From positions 288,001 through 352,000 of the forward strand of contig CAWDML010000001.1 of NCBI GenBank assembly GCA_963803435.1: a stretch of 64,000 nucleotides of DNA. Direction: 5' to 3'. This DNA comes from an uncultured delta proteobacterium. GTDB lineage: Bacteria; Myxococcota; Kuafuiibacteriia; Kuafuiibacteriales; Kuafuiibacteriaceae. Below the pieces are notes generated by a model. The model ran no database searches. It worked only from the letters and a program-made list of their open reading frames with translations, and had not been told where the DNA came from. Position 1 is the stretch's first letter; each line of letters starts with the position of its first letter. Shown in pieces: positions 30,804 to 40,756 of this stretch. Made by a program: the position numbers and the translations under genes.

Positions 30804-31719
30804 CGTCGGGATCCGGCGTGAACACCTGCGGGTGATCACCGCCGGCGCCCGGAACCTGGAACATCTTCCCGGCGAACGGGCAACCCGAGGCGTGCTGGGC
30901 GGCCCGGATGGCGTCATGCGAGAGCGCGGGGCTCTCCGAGTCCTTGATCCCGAGCGCGATCTCCGCGCCGGTCACCACGTGCGACACCGAGCGACCGAGA
31001 TCCTCCATGATCGCGCCGGGCGTGAGACGCGCGGCTGCGCCCACGCCCAGCGAAAAGACGTTGGGCGCCGGGGCGGTGCTCGGACGGCGATCGGGGAGCT
31101 TCTGCTGCGTGAACCAGTCGCGGAGCTCGTTGTAGTTGATCGTCTGGCGACCGTCGGCGAGCGTCTCCCGCCCGATGAACGGATGCAGGAACGCGAACGC
31201 CGCCGCCAGCTCGCCGGCCATCACCACCTCGGTGCGCATCACCGAGTCGTCGGCGTTCGGGCGCTCGGCGAGCCGCTGGTGCACGTTCGCCTTGACGATG
31301 TCCGCCAGGTCCTTGGCCGAGACCGGGATGAGCTTCTCACCGTCGTGCTGGACGGCGAACTGGGAGAAGACCGCGTCGAAGCGCTTCTCGACCTGCTTGA
31401 TGATCTCCGCCTCGGGGACGTTCTGCGCGGCCAGCTGCGAGCGCAGGCGTTCGATGCCGAAGTCGATCGCGACGTGGATCGCCGGCCCCGTGGTCATGAT
31501 GTTGTCGAGGCTGACCTGACCCTTGATGAAGTCCTTGAGGTCGGTGAGGAGCAGCGTGCCCTCGATGGCCGCGGCCTCCACGCCGTTGAGCTGGAAGCTC
31601 TCCTTGAACGCCTTCGTCACCTCGCCGGGGGTGGCCTTCCCGCTCTTGATGCGCTCCTCGAGCCCTTCGTGTTGGGTGAGCACCAGCGCCCAGGCCGGAC
31701 AAAAAACCTTCGTCTCCAT
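30793..31719 (-). CDS. Hypothetical protein, possibly caleosin/heme-thiolate peroxygenase-like
   Basis: ATG 31719 follows a GGAG RBS and the ORF has strong codon bias. N-terminal [32 protein letters not shown] and C-terminal GCPF. The family call is inference. Confidence 0.6.
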   Translation of the reverse strand: METKVFCPAWALVLTQHEGLEERIKSGKATPGEVTKAFKESFQLNGVEAAAIEGTLLLTDLKDFIKGQVSLDNIMTTGPAIHVAIDFGIERLRSQLAAQNVPEAEIIKQVEKRFDAVFSQFAVQHDGEKLIPVSAKDLADIVKANVHQRLAERPNADDSVMRTEVVMAGELAAAFAFLHPFIGRETLADGRQTINYNELRDWFTQQKLPDRRPSTAPAPNVFSLGVGAAARLTPGAIMEDLGRSVSHVVTGAEIALGIKDSESPALSHDAIRAAQHASGCPFAGKMFQVPGAGGDHPQVFTPDPDVKA

Positions 31720-31736
31720 ACTCGAATCTCCTCCAC

Positions 31737-32267
31737 TCAATGCGTCAGCCGCGTCGCACCGATGCAGCTCATATATTGCTCGATCGTCTCCGGGCGAGCG
31801 TCCGTGCCGACCGTCAGCGTGAAGTGCATCGCGCCCTCGGCGTCCACGCGAAGCACATGGATCTGCTTGAGCCGGATCTTTGGGACCGGCTGAAACTCGT
31901 AGCTCGAGCGGTACCCCTCGACACCGTCCGTGAACACGAACGGCCCCGCCTCGAGGTGAACGATGCCGGGCACCGTCTTCAGCAGATATTGTGACAGCTC
32001 CGCCGCCAGCTCCGTGAGCGGCGGGTTGTTTCCCAAGCTTCGCTTGATCAGCAGGTTGGCGCGGATGGGCGTCTGCTTCTGGAGCACGCGCGGATCGCGC
32101 AGCTCCGGTTTCTCGGCGATCTTGAAGACCATCGTGGTCTCGGCCAGCTCGAACTCGGGCGGGAGCTGGATGGCGAGCGGGAGCGCGGGCTCGGCCGCAG
32201 GAAGCTCGAGGGACCACGGCTCGGAGCGACGCGAACGGGGGGTCGATGTGGCCTTCTGTTGTCGCAT
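31737..32267 (-). CDS. DcrB/DUF1795-related (PsbP/Mog1-like fold) protein
   Basis: IQLPPEF, RANLLIKR, FVFTDGVEG....YEF, LKQIHVLRVD....HFTLT. The start is uncertain. Confidence 0.6.
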   Translation of the reverse strand: MRQQKATSTPRSRRSEPWSLELPAAEPALPLAIQLPPEFELAETTMVFKIAEKPELRDPRVLQKQTPIRANLLIKRSLGNNPPLTELAAELSQYLLKTVPGIVHLEAGPFVFTDGVEGYRSSYEFQPVPKIRLKQIHVLRVDAEGAMHFTLTVGTDARPETIEQYMSCIGATRLTH

Positions 32268-32420
32268 CGGGCGCTCGGGAAGCCCTGGAGACACGGTGTA
32301 TACTCCCGCGACCGAGGCGACGCAACGGTTTTCCGTGCGGTTCCGGGGTGTGGCCTCGCGAGCACACGGATTCCGAGCGGATGTCGCGAGCATCACGTCG
32401 CGTCGAATACTGCTCCCAGC

Positions 32421-32981
32421 ATGAGGCCGGCGAAGCTGGGTCTTTTCCTGTTGGTCGTCGTCGCCTGCGAGGGGCCGCCGGCCTCGAGCGTCTCCGGGCG
32501 CGCGGTGTCGGCCGCGCTTCGTCTCGAATCCGATCAACCCGCGCGCGTCGAAATCGACGCGGGCGCGCTCCACGTCGATCGCCAGGGTGCGCTCTGGCGC
32601 CGGACCGGCGCGACCCAGGTCCTCCTCCTCGAGCACACCGCCGGCCGACCGGCGATCCTCGGCGACGGATCCATCGTGATCTCGCGGCGCGGCGCCGACC
32701 CGGGCGAGACCGATCTCTGGCTCGTCCCGCCCTCGGGCGATCCGCGCCCGCTCGCGCCCGCGCTCGGCGCCGACGATTTGCCGGCCGCGCTCCCCGACGG
32801 CCGCGTCGCCTTCGTCTCGAACCGCACCACGGTGGCCTCGATTTGGATCGTCGATCCGCGGACGGACGCCGCCGAGCAGCTCACGAATCGCGGCCTGTCG
32901 GCCGGCCGCGACCTCACGGGCTTCGTCCCGCCGCCAAGGACGGCGGAGGCGCTGGCCCGCGCGGTGGAGGTGCGCCGATGA
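32421..32981 (+). CDS. Lipoprotein with TolB/PD40-like repeats
   Basis: Lipobox VVVAC, ETDLWLV, and PAALPDGRVAFVSNRTTVASIWIVD. Overlaps the next start (ATGA). Confidence 0.75.
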   Translation: MRPAKLGLFLLVVVACEGPPASSVSGRAVSAALRLESDQPARVEIDAGALHVDRQGALWRRTGATQVLLLEHTAGRPAILGDGSIVISRRGADPGETDLWLVPPSGDPRPLAPALGADDLPAALPDGRVAFVSNRTTVASIWIVDPRTDAAEQLTNRGLSAGRDLTGFVPPPRTAEALARAVEVRR

Positions 32982-34596
32982 GACTGCTCTTCAGCGCGGC
33001 TGTCCTCTGCCTCCCGGCGGTCGCCGCGGCGCAGACGTATCGCTTCCCGATGGAGCTCCCCGCCGCCGGCGAGCAACAGCCGTACATCACCGCGTACCGG
33101 GATCTGGACGACACTGCGGCGGTCCAGGACTGGAACTGCGGGTCGAACACGTACGACGGCCACAAGGGTACCGACATCGGCATCGGCGGGTTCCCGGTGA
33201 TGGACAACGGCAGCCGCTGGGTGGTGGCGGCCGCGCCGGGCACCGTCACCTTCGTCTCGGAGGGTTGCTTCGATCGCTGCACCACCGCGGACTGCGAGTG
33301 CGGCGGCGGCTTCGGCAACTACGTCAAGATCACGCACGCCGACGGCAAGTCGACGTTCTACGGGCACATGATGATGGGCTCGGTCCAGGTGAGCCTCAAC
33401 CAAACCGTGACGTGCGGGCAGCACCTCGGCCGCGTCGGATCATCCGGGTACTCGACGGGCCCGCACCTCCACTTCGAGCCGCGGTATGCGAGCAACACCT
33501 CCGACGATCCGTTCTCCGGACCGTGCGGCGGGCCCACCAGCTTCTGGGTGGCGCAGGGCGCGTACAACAGCCTCCCGGCCTCCCTGTGCGAGGGTGAGCC
33601 GATGCCCACGCCCGAGGGGGCGCTCAAGGGCGTCGTCTGGGATTCTCGCTGACCGCCGGCCCCAACGACACCGGCAACGTGCGGCTGGTCGGCGCCACCA
33701 TCACCGTCGACGGCGGCGGCAACCAGAGCGCGCGCGATCCCGACGCCTACTGGACGTTCACGCTGGCGCCCGGCACGTATCACCTGACCGCGACCGCCAC
33801 CGGCTATCAGACCGCGAGCAAGGACGTGACCGTGGTGACGGGTCAGGAGGTCTGGGCCTCCTTCGGACTGCTCCGCGATCAGACTACGGTCGAGGTCGAC
33901 GACGCCGAGCTCCTGGAGCAGACCATCGATCCGCTGCTGGTGAGCCCCGAGGAGCACGTCGAGTGGATGTGGAAGGTGAAGAACACCGGCAACACCACCT
34001 GGACCTCGGACTATCACGTCGAGCTGATCCGCGGCGAAGCGTTCGGTGCACCGGAGGTGGTGCCGCTGTCGGAGGAGGTGCCGCCGGACGCCGAGTACAT
34101 CGTGATGCTGCTCCTCACCTCGACCACCAGCGCCGGCGACTTCGAGGGCATCTGGTCGGTCGCGCGCGACGGCTACGGACCGTTCGGGCCCGCGCTCCAC
34201 GTCGGGCTCACCGTGTCCACCGACGACGACCCGGGCAAGGATCCCGATCCCGATCCGGATCCGCCGATCAAACCGCCGCCCGACATGGAGGAGCCGCCGC
34301 CGATGGACGAGACCCCCAGCCTCAGCACCGGGCCGCGCGTCTCCGGAGGCTGCCGGTGCGCCGGCGGGCCTGCCCGCGACGGATCGGGCTGGCTGCTCCT
34401 GCTCGCAGGCTTCGTGCTCCTCAATCTCCGTAGCCGAGGACGCGCGACGCCGCCTGCTCGTTCCCCAGCAGGCGAAACAGCTGGTACGCCACCGCCAGAT
34501 GCTCCGCCGCCGGATCGATGGCGCCGCTCTCTTTCATCGCGTACCCCAACCATTCGTGTGTGTGCGCAAGGCCCTCGACGTCGCCGATCTGCGTGA
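32978..34596 (+). CDS. M23 peptidase with carboxypeptidase-regulatory-like and NBR1-like Ig domains and a MYXO-CTERM-like tail; frameshift at 33641-33645
   Basis: YDGHKGTD (HxxxD), GNYVKITH, YGHM and STGPHLHFE (HxH). After repair: LVGATITV...LAPGTYHLTATATGY, WKVKNTGNTTW, and tail VSGGCRCAGG...WLLLLAGFVLL. Confidence 0.85.
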
Positions 34597-34942
34597 ATAG
34601 CCGGAGCGCGATCATCATCTCTCGATAGGCGGCGCGCTCCTCCTTCAGGTTCCACAGGACCGCCGCTTCATTGAGTCGGGCCGCCGCTTCCCCGCGGCGG
34701 GCACCGACGGCGCGAAACGCGTCGATGACCCGGCCGAAGCCGTCGTCGCGCGCGGTGCCATCGAAGTACCGCTCCGTCAGGCGCGGATTCAGATAGGCCA
34801 CCAGATCCGGCGACGCGACCGACGCCCCCAGGATCCGCTCGTACACGGGCTCCACCTTGCCGGGGACCTTCTCGACGGACGCTCGCCCCGCGGCGCAGCC
34901 CGCGATGAGGAGCACCGCCAGCGCCGAACGTGCGGCCCTCAC
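34421..34942 (-). CDS. Small TPR lipoprotein
   Basis: GTG 34942 overlaps the upstream stop. Lipobox LIAGC, and TPR-like ALRLFTQIGDVEGLAHTHEWLG. Confidence 0.72.
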   Translation of the reverse strand: MRAARSALAVLLIAGCAAGRASVEKVPGKVEPVYERILGASVASPDLVAYLNPRLTERYFDGTARDDGFGRVIDAFRAVGARRGEAAARLNEAAVLWNLKEERAAYREMMIALRLFTQIGDVEGLAHTHEWLGYAMKESGAIDPAAEHLAVAYQLFRLLGNEQAASRVLGYGD

Positions 34943-37413
34943 CAGCCGCCTCCCGAGAGGCGCGCCATCACCTCCGCGTTCAACAGCGTGTACCAGTACG
35001 TGACGCCCCGCTCGCCACCCTCGATCTTCGCGCCGGCGACCACGGGCAGAGGTGCGCGCTGATAGGCCCGCCCGCGGTGGAACCACCAGTAGTAGCCGTC
35101 TGCGAGGCGGCTCTCGTCCCAGCCCCAGCCCTCCTCGAGCAGGCGATGGAAGCGATCCCGCAGACAGTCGGTGGGCACCCGCCCGGTCTCGGCGGATTGA
35201 TAGAGCTCGGCCACCGCCAGGTCGTTGGCGAGCCGGAGCGCCTGCGCGGGGCGGCCGAGGCGCGAGTAGAGCGCCCAGCCCCGGAGGAGGTCGCGGATCT
35301 GGGAGAGCCGGTCGCCCTCGAGACCGAGCAGGAAGCCGCGGAACAGATGGAGCTCCGCCAGGTGCGTCTCCTGGTTGCTCTTCAAGATCAGGCGCCGCGT
35401 CTCCTCGAGATAGGCGCGCGCCCGCTCCCGATCTCCGCGGGCGGCGCCGAGCATCTCGAGGTTGAGGCCGGACGCGATCCGACCCTCGGCCTCACCGAGG
35501 TCGCGCAGGCGATCGAAGGCGCGCACCAGGTAGGGCTCGGCCTCCTGCAGGCGGCCCTCCTCGATCAGGAGCACGCCCACGTTGTTCGAGAGCACCGCGC
35601 GGAAGTAGTCGTCGTCGAGATCCTCCGCCAACATCAGCGCCTTCGAGTAGAACGCGCGCGCTCCGATCAGATCCGAGGTCTCGACGGAGAGATGGCCGAG
35701 CTCGTTGTAGATCTCGAGCAGGTACGGCTTCTCGCCCAGCATTCCGCGGAGCTCGAGCGCCCGGCGCAACGCCTCGCGGGCGGTGGGGTACCGGCTCTGG
35801 GTGCGGGCCACCCGTCCCAGCCCGAAGTGCGCGAGGCTCTGATGATGGAGATCGTTCGCGGGCGTGGCCCGCGCGAGGGCGTACCGGTAGAGGCGCTCGG
35901 CCGCCTGGAGGCGATCGACGCGGGCGAACAGATCGGCGAGCGCGATGACGGTGTCGAGCAGCAGTCGATCATCGGCGCGCGCCTCGGCCACTCGAAAGGC
36001 GTGCCAGTAGGCCCCCACGGCCGACTCGGCGATCGCCGGGACCGGGGGCGCAGGGACGTGACCGCCACCCAACACGTAGTCGATCGCCGACGCGACGTGA
36101 TCGACGTTCTCCTCGTCCTTCTCCGCCAGCAGCGCCTCGGCCGACGCTCGATCGCCCTCGCGCACGGAGACGAGCTCGTCGAACGAGCGATCGCTGATCT
36201 CGGCCCACGGCACGCACGTGGCCAGCTCGAGCTCCGGCGGATTCGCCCCGGTGGTGGCGCGCGGTGGGATCCGACCGTAGCGGCCGATGCGCTCGTAGAG
36301 ATGCCCGAGCCGGAGGTGCGCCTCGCCCAGATCGGGGTCCAGAGCGAGCGCCTTCTTCAGCGCCTCGATCGCCTGCTGGTTCCGCCCGGCCGCATAGTCG
36401 GTGCCGGCGCCGTGGTACAGCGCCCAGGCCTCCGAATCCCCATGGTCAGGGAGCGGGTTCCGGGCGCCCTGAGCGGTGGAGAGGCGGGCGGCCAGCCCCT
36501 CCACGATCGCGTCCTCGAGCTGGAACAGCTCGGAGTCACGCCGGTCGAGCGTCCGCGACTCGAGGACCCGGCCGTCGGGTCCCGAGTACAAAGTGTAGGT
36601 GACTCGGATCTTTCCCTGGTGGAGCTGGTAGTCGCCGCCCACCACGAAGTCGGGGAGGAGCGCGTCGCGCACGGTCTCGATCGCCTCCGCCTCACCCCGA
36701 TCGTCGGAGGCGAGCAACGAGGCCACCAGCATGGGATCGGTCACCGAGAGATCGGGCGCGGCCGAGAGACGCCGCGACACCTCCTCCAGGAAGGCCGTGG
36801 CCAGCGCGGCGGTGTCGGCGCCGGCCAGCGCCGGGCGGAAGGGGAGCACGACCACCATCTTCTTGCCGCTCTGCTTCTGTCGCTCGAGCTGTCGGGTCAG
36901 GCGCGCCCGCGCAATCTTGGACTTGGGGACGGTCGCGTGGACGTAGACCCGGTAGCTCACCGCGTTCGCGGACAGCGGCGAGTCGAGCACCTTCTCCCAG
37001 TAGACCTGATCCGCGAGCACTCCCTCGAGCGTGGAGCGAGACCGCGTCTTCACGGTCGAGCGGGCCTCGAACGACTTCTCCGTCTCCACGGACTCGAACT
37101 CGCTCTCGACATCGACCGAGACGAAGTTCGAGACGGCGCTCAGGAGATCGTCCATCGCGTGCTTGCGCGCCTCGTCGATCGAGCTGCCCGCCGATTGGCC
37201 GGCGAACGGCACATACGCAACCGCACCGCGGTCGAGCCGCCGCGTCCACACGGGCGGGATCGCCGCGCTCGCCTCCACCACCTGAGGCTTCACCAGCTGG
37301 ACCTTGATCCGCGGATGGTTCGCGATCAGATCCTTCGGCAGGCGCGGCCCGCATCCGAGCGCGCTGAGCGAGATCGACAACCAGATCGAGCGCTTCACCG
37401 TCACGGCCTCCAT
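34939..37413 (-). CDS. Lipoprotein with LPP20-like, TolB-N/FlgO-like and multiple TPR domains
   Basis: Lipobox ALGC. LPP20-like EARKHAMDDL...VDVESEF...LEGV....VYWEK. Then VVVLPF...DFVVGGDYQ...IRVTY, followed by many TPRs (ALKKALALDPDLGEAHLRLG). Confidence 0.78.
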   Translation of the reverse strand: MEAVTVKRSIWLSISLSALGCGPRLPKDLIANHPRIKVQLVKPQVVEASAAIPPVWTRRLDRGAVAYVPFAGQSAGSSIDEARKHAMDDLLSAVSNFVSVDVESEFESVETEKSFEARSTVKTRSRSTLEGVLADQVYWEKVLDSPLSANAVSYRVYVHATVPKSKIARARLTRQLERQKQSGKKMVVVLPFRPALAGADTAALATAFLEEVSRRLSAAPDLSVTDPMLVASLLASDDRGEAEAIETVRDALLPDFVVGGDYQLHQGKIRVTYTLYSGPDGRVLESRTLDRRDSELFQLEDAIVEGLAARLSTAQGARNPLPDHGDSEAWALYHGAGTDYAAGRNQQAIEALKKALALDPDLGEAHLRLGHLYERIGRYGRIPPRATTGANPPELELATCVPWAEISDRSFDELVSVREGDRASAEALLAEKDEENVDHVASAIDYVLGGGHVPAPPVPAIAESAVGAYWHAFRVAEARADDRLLLDTVIALADLFARVDRLQAAERLYRYALARATPANDLHHQSLAHFGLGRVARTQSRYPTAREALRRALELRGMLGEKPYLLEIYNELGHLSVETSDLIGARAFYSKALMLAEDLDDDYFRAVLSNNVGVLLIEEGRLQEAEPYLVRAFDRLRDLGEAEGRIASGLNLEMLGAARGDRERARAYLEETRRLILKSNQETHLAELHLFRGFLLGLEGDRLSQIRDLLRGWALYSRLGRPAQALRLANDLAVAELYQSAETGRVPTDCLRDRFHRLLEEGWGWDESRLADGYYWWFHRGRAYQRAPLPVVAGAKIEGGERGVTYWYTLLNAEVMARLSGGGW

Positions 37414-38087
37414 TCGACACCGGCGCCGACGGCGTGCCCGGTAGTGACCGAGTACGCCTCGTCTTCCGGCAGGCGCCAGCGCTGCCGGGAAAAGCGGAGC
37501 CACACCGCGAGCCCGATCGGGCCCGCGCCGATGCTGAACGCGACGCGGTGCTCGAGCGGCTTCACCTCGAGATCGCCGGGCGCGCCCGTCACCACGAACG
37601 GAACCAGCGTATAGTCGCCCTCGACGCTGAGACCGCCGGTCGTGCCGATGGCGACGCGCACGCCGCCGAGCACCGAGAAGCGGGCCGTGTCCGACCACCA
37701 GTGGCCGCCGCCGGCCCCCAGCTCGATGGCGAGGTGCGGGACGACCATTCCCAGGAACGGCACGTTGAAGGTGAACGTCCGCATCGAGAGGCCTCCGCTC
37801 GCTGCGAAGCCGACCGGCAGCGCGTCGTGCACGTCGTCGGCCTCGCCGGGCGTGAACCCGAGGCTCAGCGCGAACTCGAAGCCGAGCTGGGTACCGAGCG
37901 GCGTGTTGGGCTCCGAGTCGCAGAAGCCGGCGCGCAGGTGGACCCCGGGCGCGAAGCGCTCGAACGTGCGCGCACGGGCGATGCCGGGCAGCTCGCCGCT
38001 CTCCTGCATGAGGTCGGTCCCGATCATGAGGTGGCCGTCGATCGCGAGCGGGCTGGGGTCCGCGATCAAGAGGAGCAGCGCGATCAC
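37401..38087 (-). CDS. Hypothetical small outer-membrane beta-barrel-like protein
   Basis: GTG 38087 overlaps the upstream stop. Hydrophobic N-terminus, alternating beta-strand pattern, ends VGAGVEWRP. Confidence 0.65.
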   Translation of the reverse strand: MIALLLLIADPSPLAIDGHLMIGTDLMQESGELPGIARARTFERFAPGVHLRAGFCDSEPNTPLGTQLGFEFALSLGFTPGEADDVHDALPVGFAASGGLSMRTFTFNVPFLGMVVPHLAIELGAGGGHWWSDTARFSVLGGVRVAIGTTGGLSVEGDYTLVPFVVTGAPGDLEVKPLEHRVAFSIGAGPIGLAVWLRFSRQRWRLPEDEAYSVTTGHAVGAGVEWRP

Positions 38088-40126
38088 AGCCGCACCCCCA
38101 CGGTCAGCTCGACCTGGACGGGCTTCTTCGAGAAGCCCGCCCCCAGGTGGTGGGCAGCCGCCGCCGAGAGGTAGACGCGCTGGAACAGATCGACCGTGGC
38201 CCAGGCGCGCACGGGCGACCAGAAGTGTGGATCGCCCTCGCTGTCGTCGAAGATCGTCTTGGCGAAGAGCAGGTTGGGCTCGAAGCTGGCGCCCAGCCAG
38301 AGCCAGGTGGCCAGCGGGACGCGCACGATCAACGGCACCGCGAAGATGCGGTACCGCTCGCCGGCGTCGGTGCTCTCCTGCGCGTAGGAGAGCCCGAAAC
38401 CGACGAAGAAGCCGGCCTTGCCGAGATCGAGGCTGAGCCCGGTCATCGACAGCGAGAAGCCGCTCACGCCGCCGCCGAGGGCCGTGCTCCATCCGGACGC
38501 GCCGACGTGGAGGCGCGAGACCCGCAGCCGGGCAGCGAGGCCGAAGGCGGTGCGCGCGGTCTGGAACGGCGTCGAGCCGCCGGTGACCGCCAGATCGACC
38601 CCGGTCTCCGCCAGGAGCGCCAGACCGCGGACGCGCTCCTGGCGCACCACGGCTCCATACTCGAAGCGATCGAGCTCCGGATCCACCTCGGGCATCGGCA
38701 GCTCGTACGGCGGCGGGGGCGTCGCGGCACCGAGGAGCGTCCCCTGGAGACCGAGCGCCGCCAGCACGTCTGCCGGCGACATCCCATACGCCGACTCGAA
38801 GTACCCCGCGGCCTCCGGCGGGACGGTGTGGGCGACCACGGCCGCCAGCACGTGCTGCGCTTCGGCGTGCTCGCCCAGCGCCGATCCGCTGGCGGCCCGC
38901 ACTTCGGCCACGCGTCGATCGATCGACTCCTTCAGCTTCGCGAACAGGCGGTCCGCCGAGCCGGCGGCATCGATCCCGCCGAAGCGACGGCTCTGATCCG
39001 GGGACCAAAACGCCTGATCCTCGGCTGTGTCCTCGACGCGGAACGGTTGCGGCTCGGCACCGCCGAACCGGACGATACCGTGCGCCTCCATCTCGATCTT
39101 CCGGTGCAGGACCTCGACCTCGATCGGCTTGGCCACCTCTTGGAACTCGATCACCGGCACCTGCCGCACCACCAGCCTGCGCTCGGGCTGGCGGCACTTC
39201 TCCGGCTCCGGCGGTCGCTCGAGGCACACGCCCAGCTCGTCGTAGCGGAGGCAGGCGTCGGGATCGCACGCGGGATCGCGCTCGGCCTCCCAGTACGGCT
39301 CCTCGGTGAAGCGGACCTGGGGCACCGCATCCGTGTACGTGCGGTGCTCGTGCTCGGACCAGCTCCGATCCGACTCTCGACACGACTCGAACACCACCTC
39401 TGCGCTCTGCTCGCCCGTCGCCTGCTGCTTCTCGAGCACGCGGGCGAGCGACGGGCACGACGTCGCGTCGAGATGGACCTCCCAGGCATAGCCGGCGCGC
39501 GCCCGCACCGCGCGCTCCAGCTCCGCGAAGCTCGCCGGGGCGGGCGCACCGAGCGTGATCGCGATGCGTTGGTTGAACCAGCGCATCACGTCGTCGTCGG
39601 CGGCGGCGGCGAGCTCGAGGTGGTGCGCCTGCGCCCGCTGCAGCAGATCGGCGAGGCGCACCCGCATGGGATGGCCCTCGGGGTACGGCGTCACCAGCAC
39701 CGAGGCGGCCTCCACGGCCGGGATGAAGCGACCGGCCTTCCCGAGCGCCTCGAGCTCCGACCACCGCGGCCGGTCGATACGCTCCAGCGCCTCGAGGATC
39801 GCCGACCGGGCCGCCGGCGCCCCCCACGCGCCGGCCGCGAGGATCCGCCACAGGCGGGTGCGGGCTTCGTCGAGCTGGCCCGCGTCGCGCTCCGCGATCG
39901 CCGCAGCGATCTCCTCTTCGGCCAGCGCGAGCGCGGCGCGATCGCGGCGACCGGTCACCTCCTCGCGATCGTGCTCGGTCACCCGCCGCTCGAGCGCCGC
40001 GGCGTAGTCGGCGACCGCGATCTTTGGCGCGTGTCGAGCGAGCGCGTCGTCGCCGCGCCCGACCAGATAGGAGGTCTGACAGCCGGCGCCCGCGAGCGCG
40101 ATCACCAGCCAGCCAGCGCGATGCAC
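38084..40126 (-). CDS. Lipoprotein with helical N-terminus, Cys-rich insert and C-terminal beta-barrel-like domain
   Basis: Lipobox GAGC, insert CDPDACLRYDELGVC...EKC, and amphipathic strands ending VQVELTVGVRL. Confidence 0.72.
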   Translation of the reverse strand: MHRAGWLVIALAGAGCQTSYLVGRGDDALARHAPKIAVADYAAALERRVTEHDREEVTGRRDRAALALAEEEIAAAIAERDAGQLDEARTRLWRILAAGAWGAPAARSAILEALERIDRPRWSELEALGKAGRFIPAVEAASVLVTPYPEGHPMRVRLADLLQRAQAHHLELAAAADDDVMRWFNQRIAITLGAPAPASFAELERAVRARAGYAWEVHLDATSCPSLARVLEKQQATGEQSAEVVFESCRESDRSWSEHEHRTYTDAVPQVRFTEEPYWEAERDPACDPDACLRYDELGVCLERPPEPEKCRQPERRLVVRQVPVIEFQEVAKPIEVEVLHRKIEMEAHGIVRFGGAEPQPFRVEDTAEDQAFWSPDQSRRFGGIDAAGSADRLFAKLKESIDRRVAEVRAASGSALGEHAEAQHVLAAVVAHTVPPEAAGYFESAYGMSPADVLAALGLQGTLLGAATPPPPYELPMPEVDPELDRFEYGAVVRQERVRGLALLAETGVDLAVTGGSTPFQTARTAFGLAARLRVSRLHVGASGWSTALGGGVSGFSLSMTGLSLDLGKAGFFVGFGLSYAQESTDAGERYRIFAVPLIVRVPLATWLWLGASFEPNLLFAKTIFDDSEGDPHFWSPVRAWATVDLFQRVYLSAAAAHHLGAGFSKKPVQVELTVGVRL

Positions 40127-40183
40127 GGGCTCACGCTCCTGTCGCCAGAGCTTCGAGTCAAGGCTGGGCGAGGCCCGCGAGCC

Positions 40184-40756
40184 TCAGAAGCTGGAACCGG
40201 GCTGCTCGAGGAAGGCGCGCTCCTCGGGCGTGGAAGCCCGCCCGAGGAGCGCGTTGCGATGAGGGAAGCGTCCAAATCGTTGGATGATCTCGCGGTGTCG
40301 GACGGCGTACTCGTGGAAAGATTCAAGGCGCGCGCGATCCTCCGGCGGCGCCTCGTCGACCAGGTCCGCGAACAGCTCGACCGCCCGATCCTGCACCGCG
40401 CGGTCCTCCGCGTGCATCAGAGGCATGTAGAAGAAGGCGCGCTGCCTCGGCGTGAGCTTCTGGTCCACCTTCCGCGCGATCGAGACCAGGACGGTCGCCT
40501 GCGCCTTCGCGTCGGACGCGAACGCGTCGGCGGATCCTCGATGGATCGACCTCGAGAGCTGATCGAGCAGGATCACCAGCGCCAGACACGTCTCGGGATG
40601 CGCGGTCCAGGCGTCGAGCGCGCCCTCGCGGGCGTGCTTCAGATCTCCGCCGAACGTCTCCTTCAACCGGCGATCGTTGTCGGGGTCCGGGGCGAACCAG
40701 GTCGATTCGCGCGCGAACCAGTCCTCGAGGATCAGCTTGGCTCTGTTCTCGTTCAT
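40184..40756 (-). CDS. DUF924 family protein
   Basis: LALVILLDQLSRSIHRG, FFYMPLMHAE and HREIIQRFGRFPHRNALLGRASTPEE. Confidence 0.93.
   Translation of the reverse strand: MNENRAKLILEDWFARESTWFAPDPDNDRRLKETFGGDLKHAREGALDAWTAHPETCLALVILLDQLSRSIHRGSADAFASDAKAQATVLVSIARKVDQKLTPRQRAFFYMPLMHAEDRAVQDRAVELFADLVDEAPPEDRARLESFHEYAVRHREIIQRFGRFPHRNALLGRASTPEERAFLEQPGSSF

Noticed and set aside
34238-34263. GATCCC/GATCCG tandem repeat
   Set aside because: It encodes an ordinary DPDPDPDP linker in the M23 protein.
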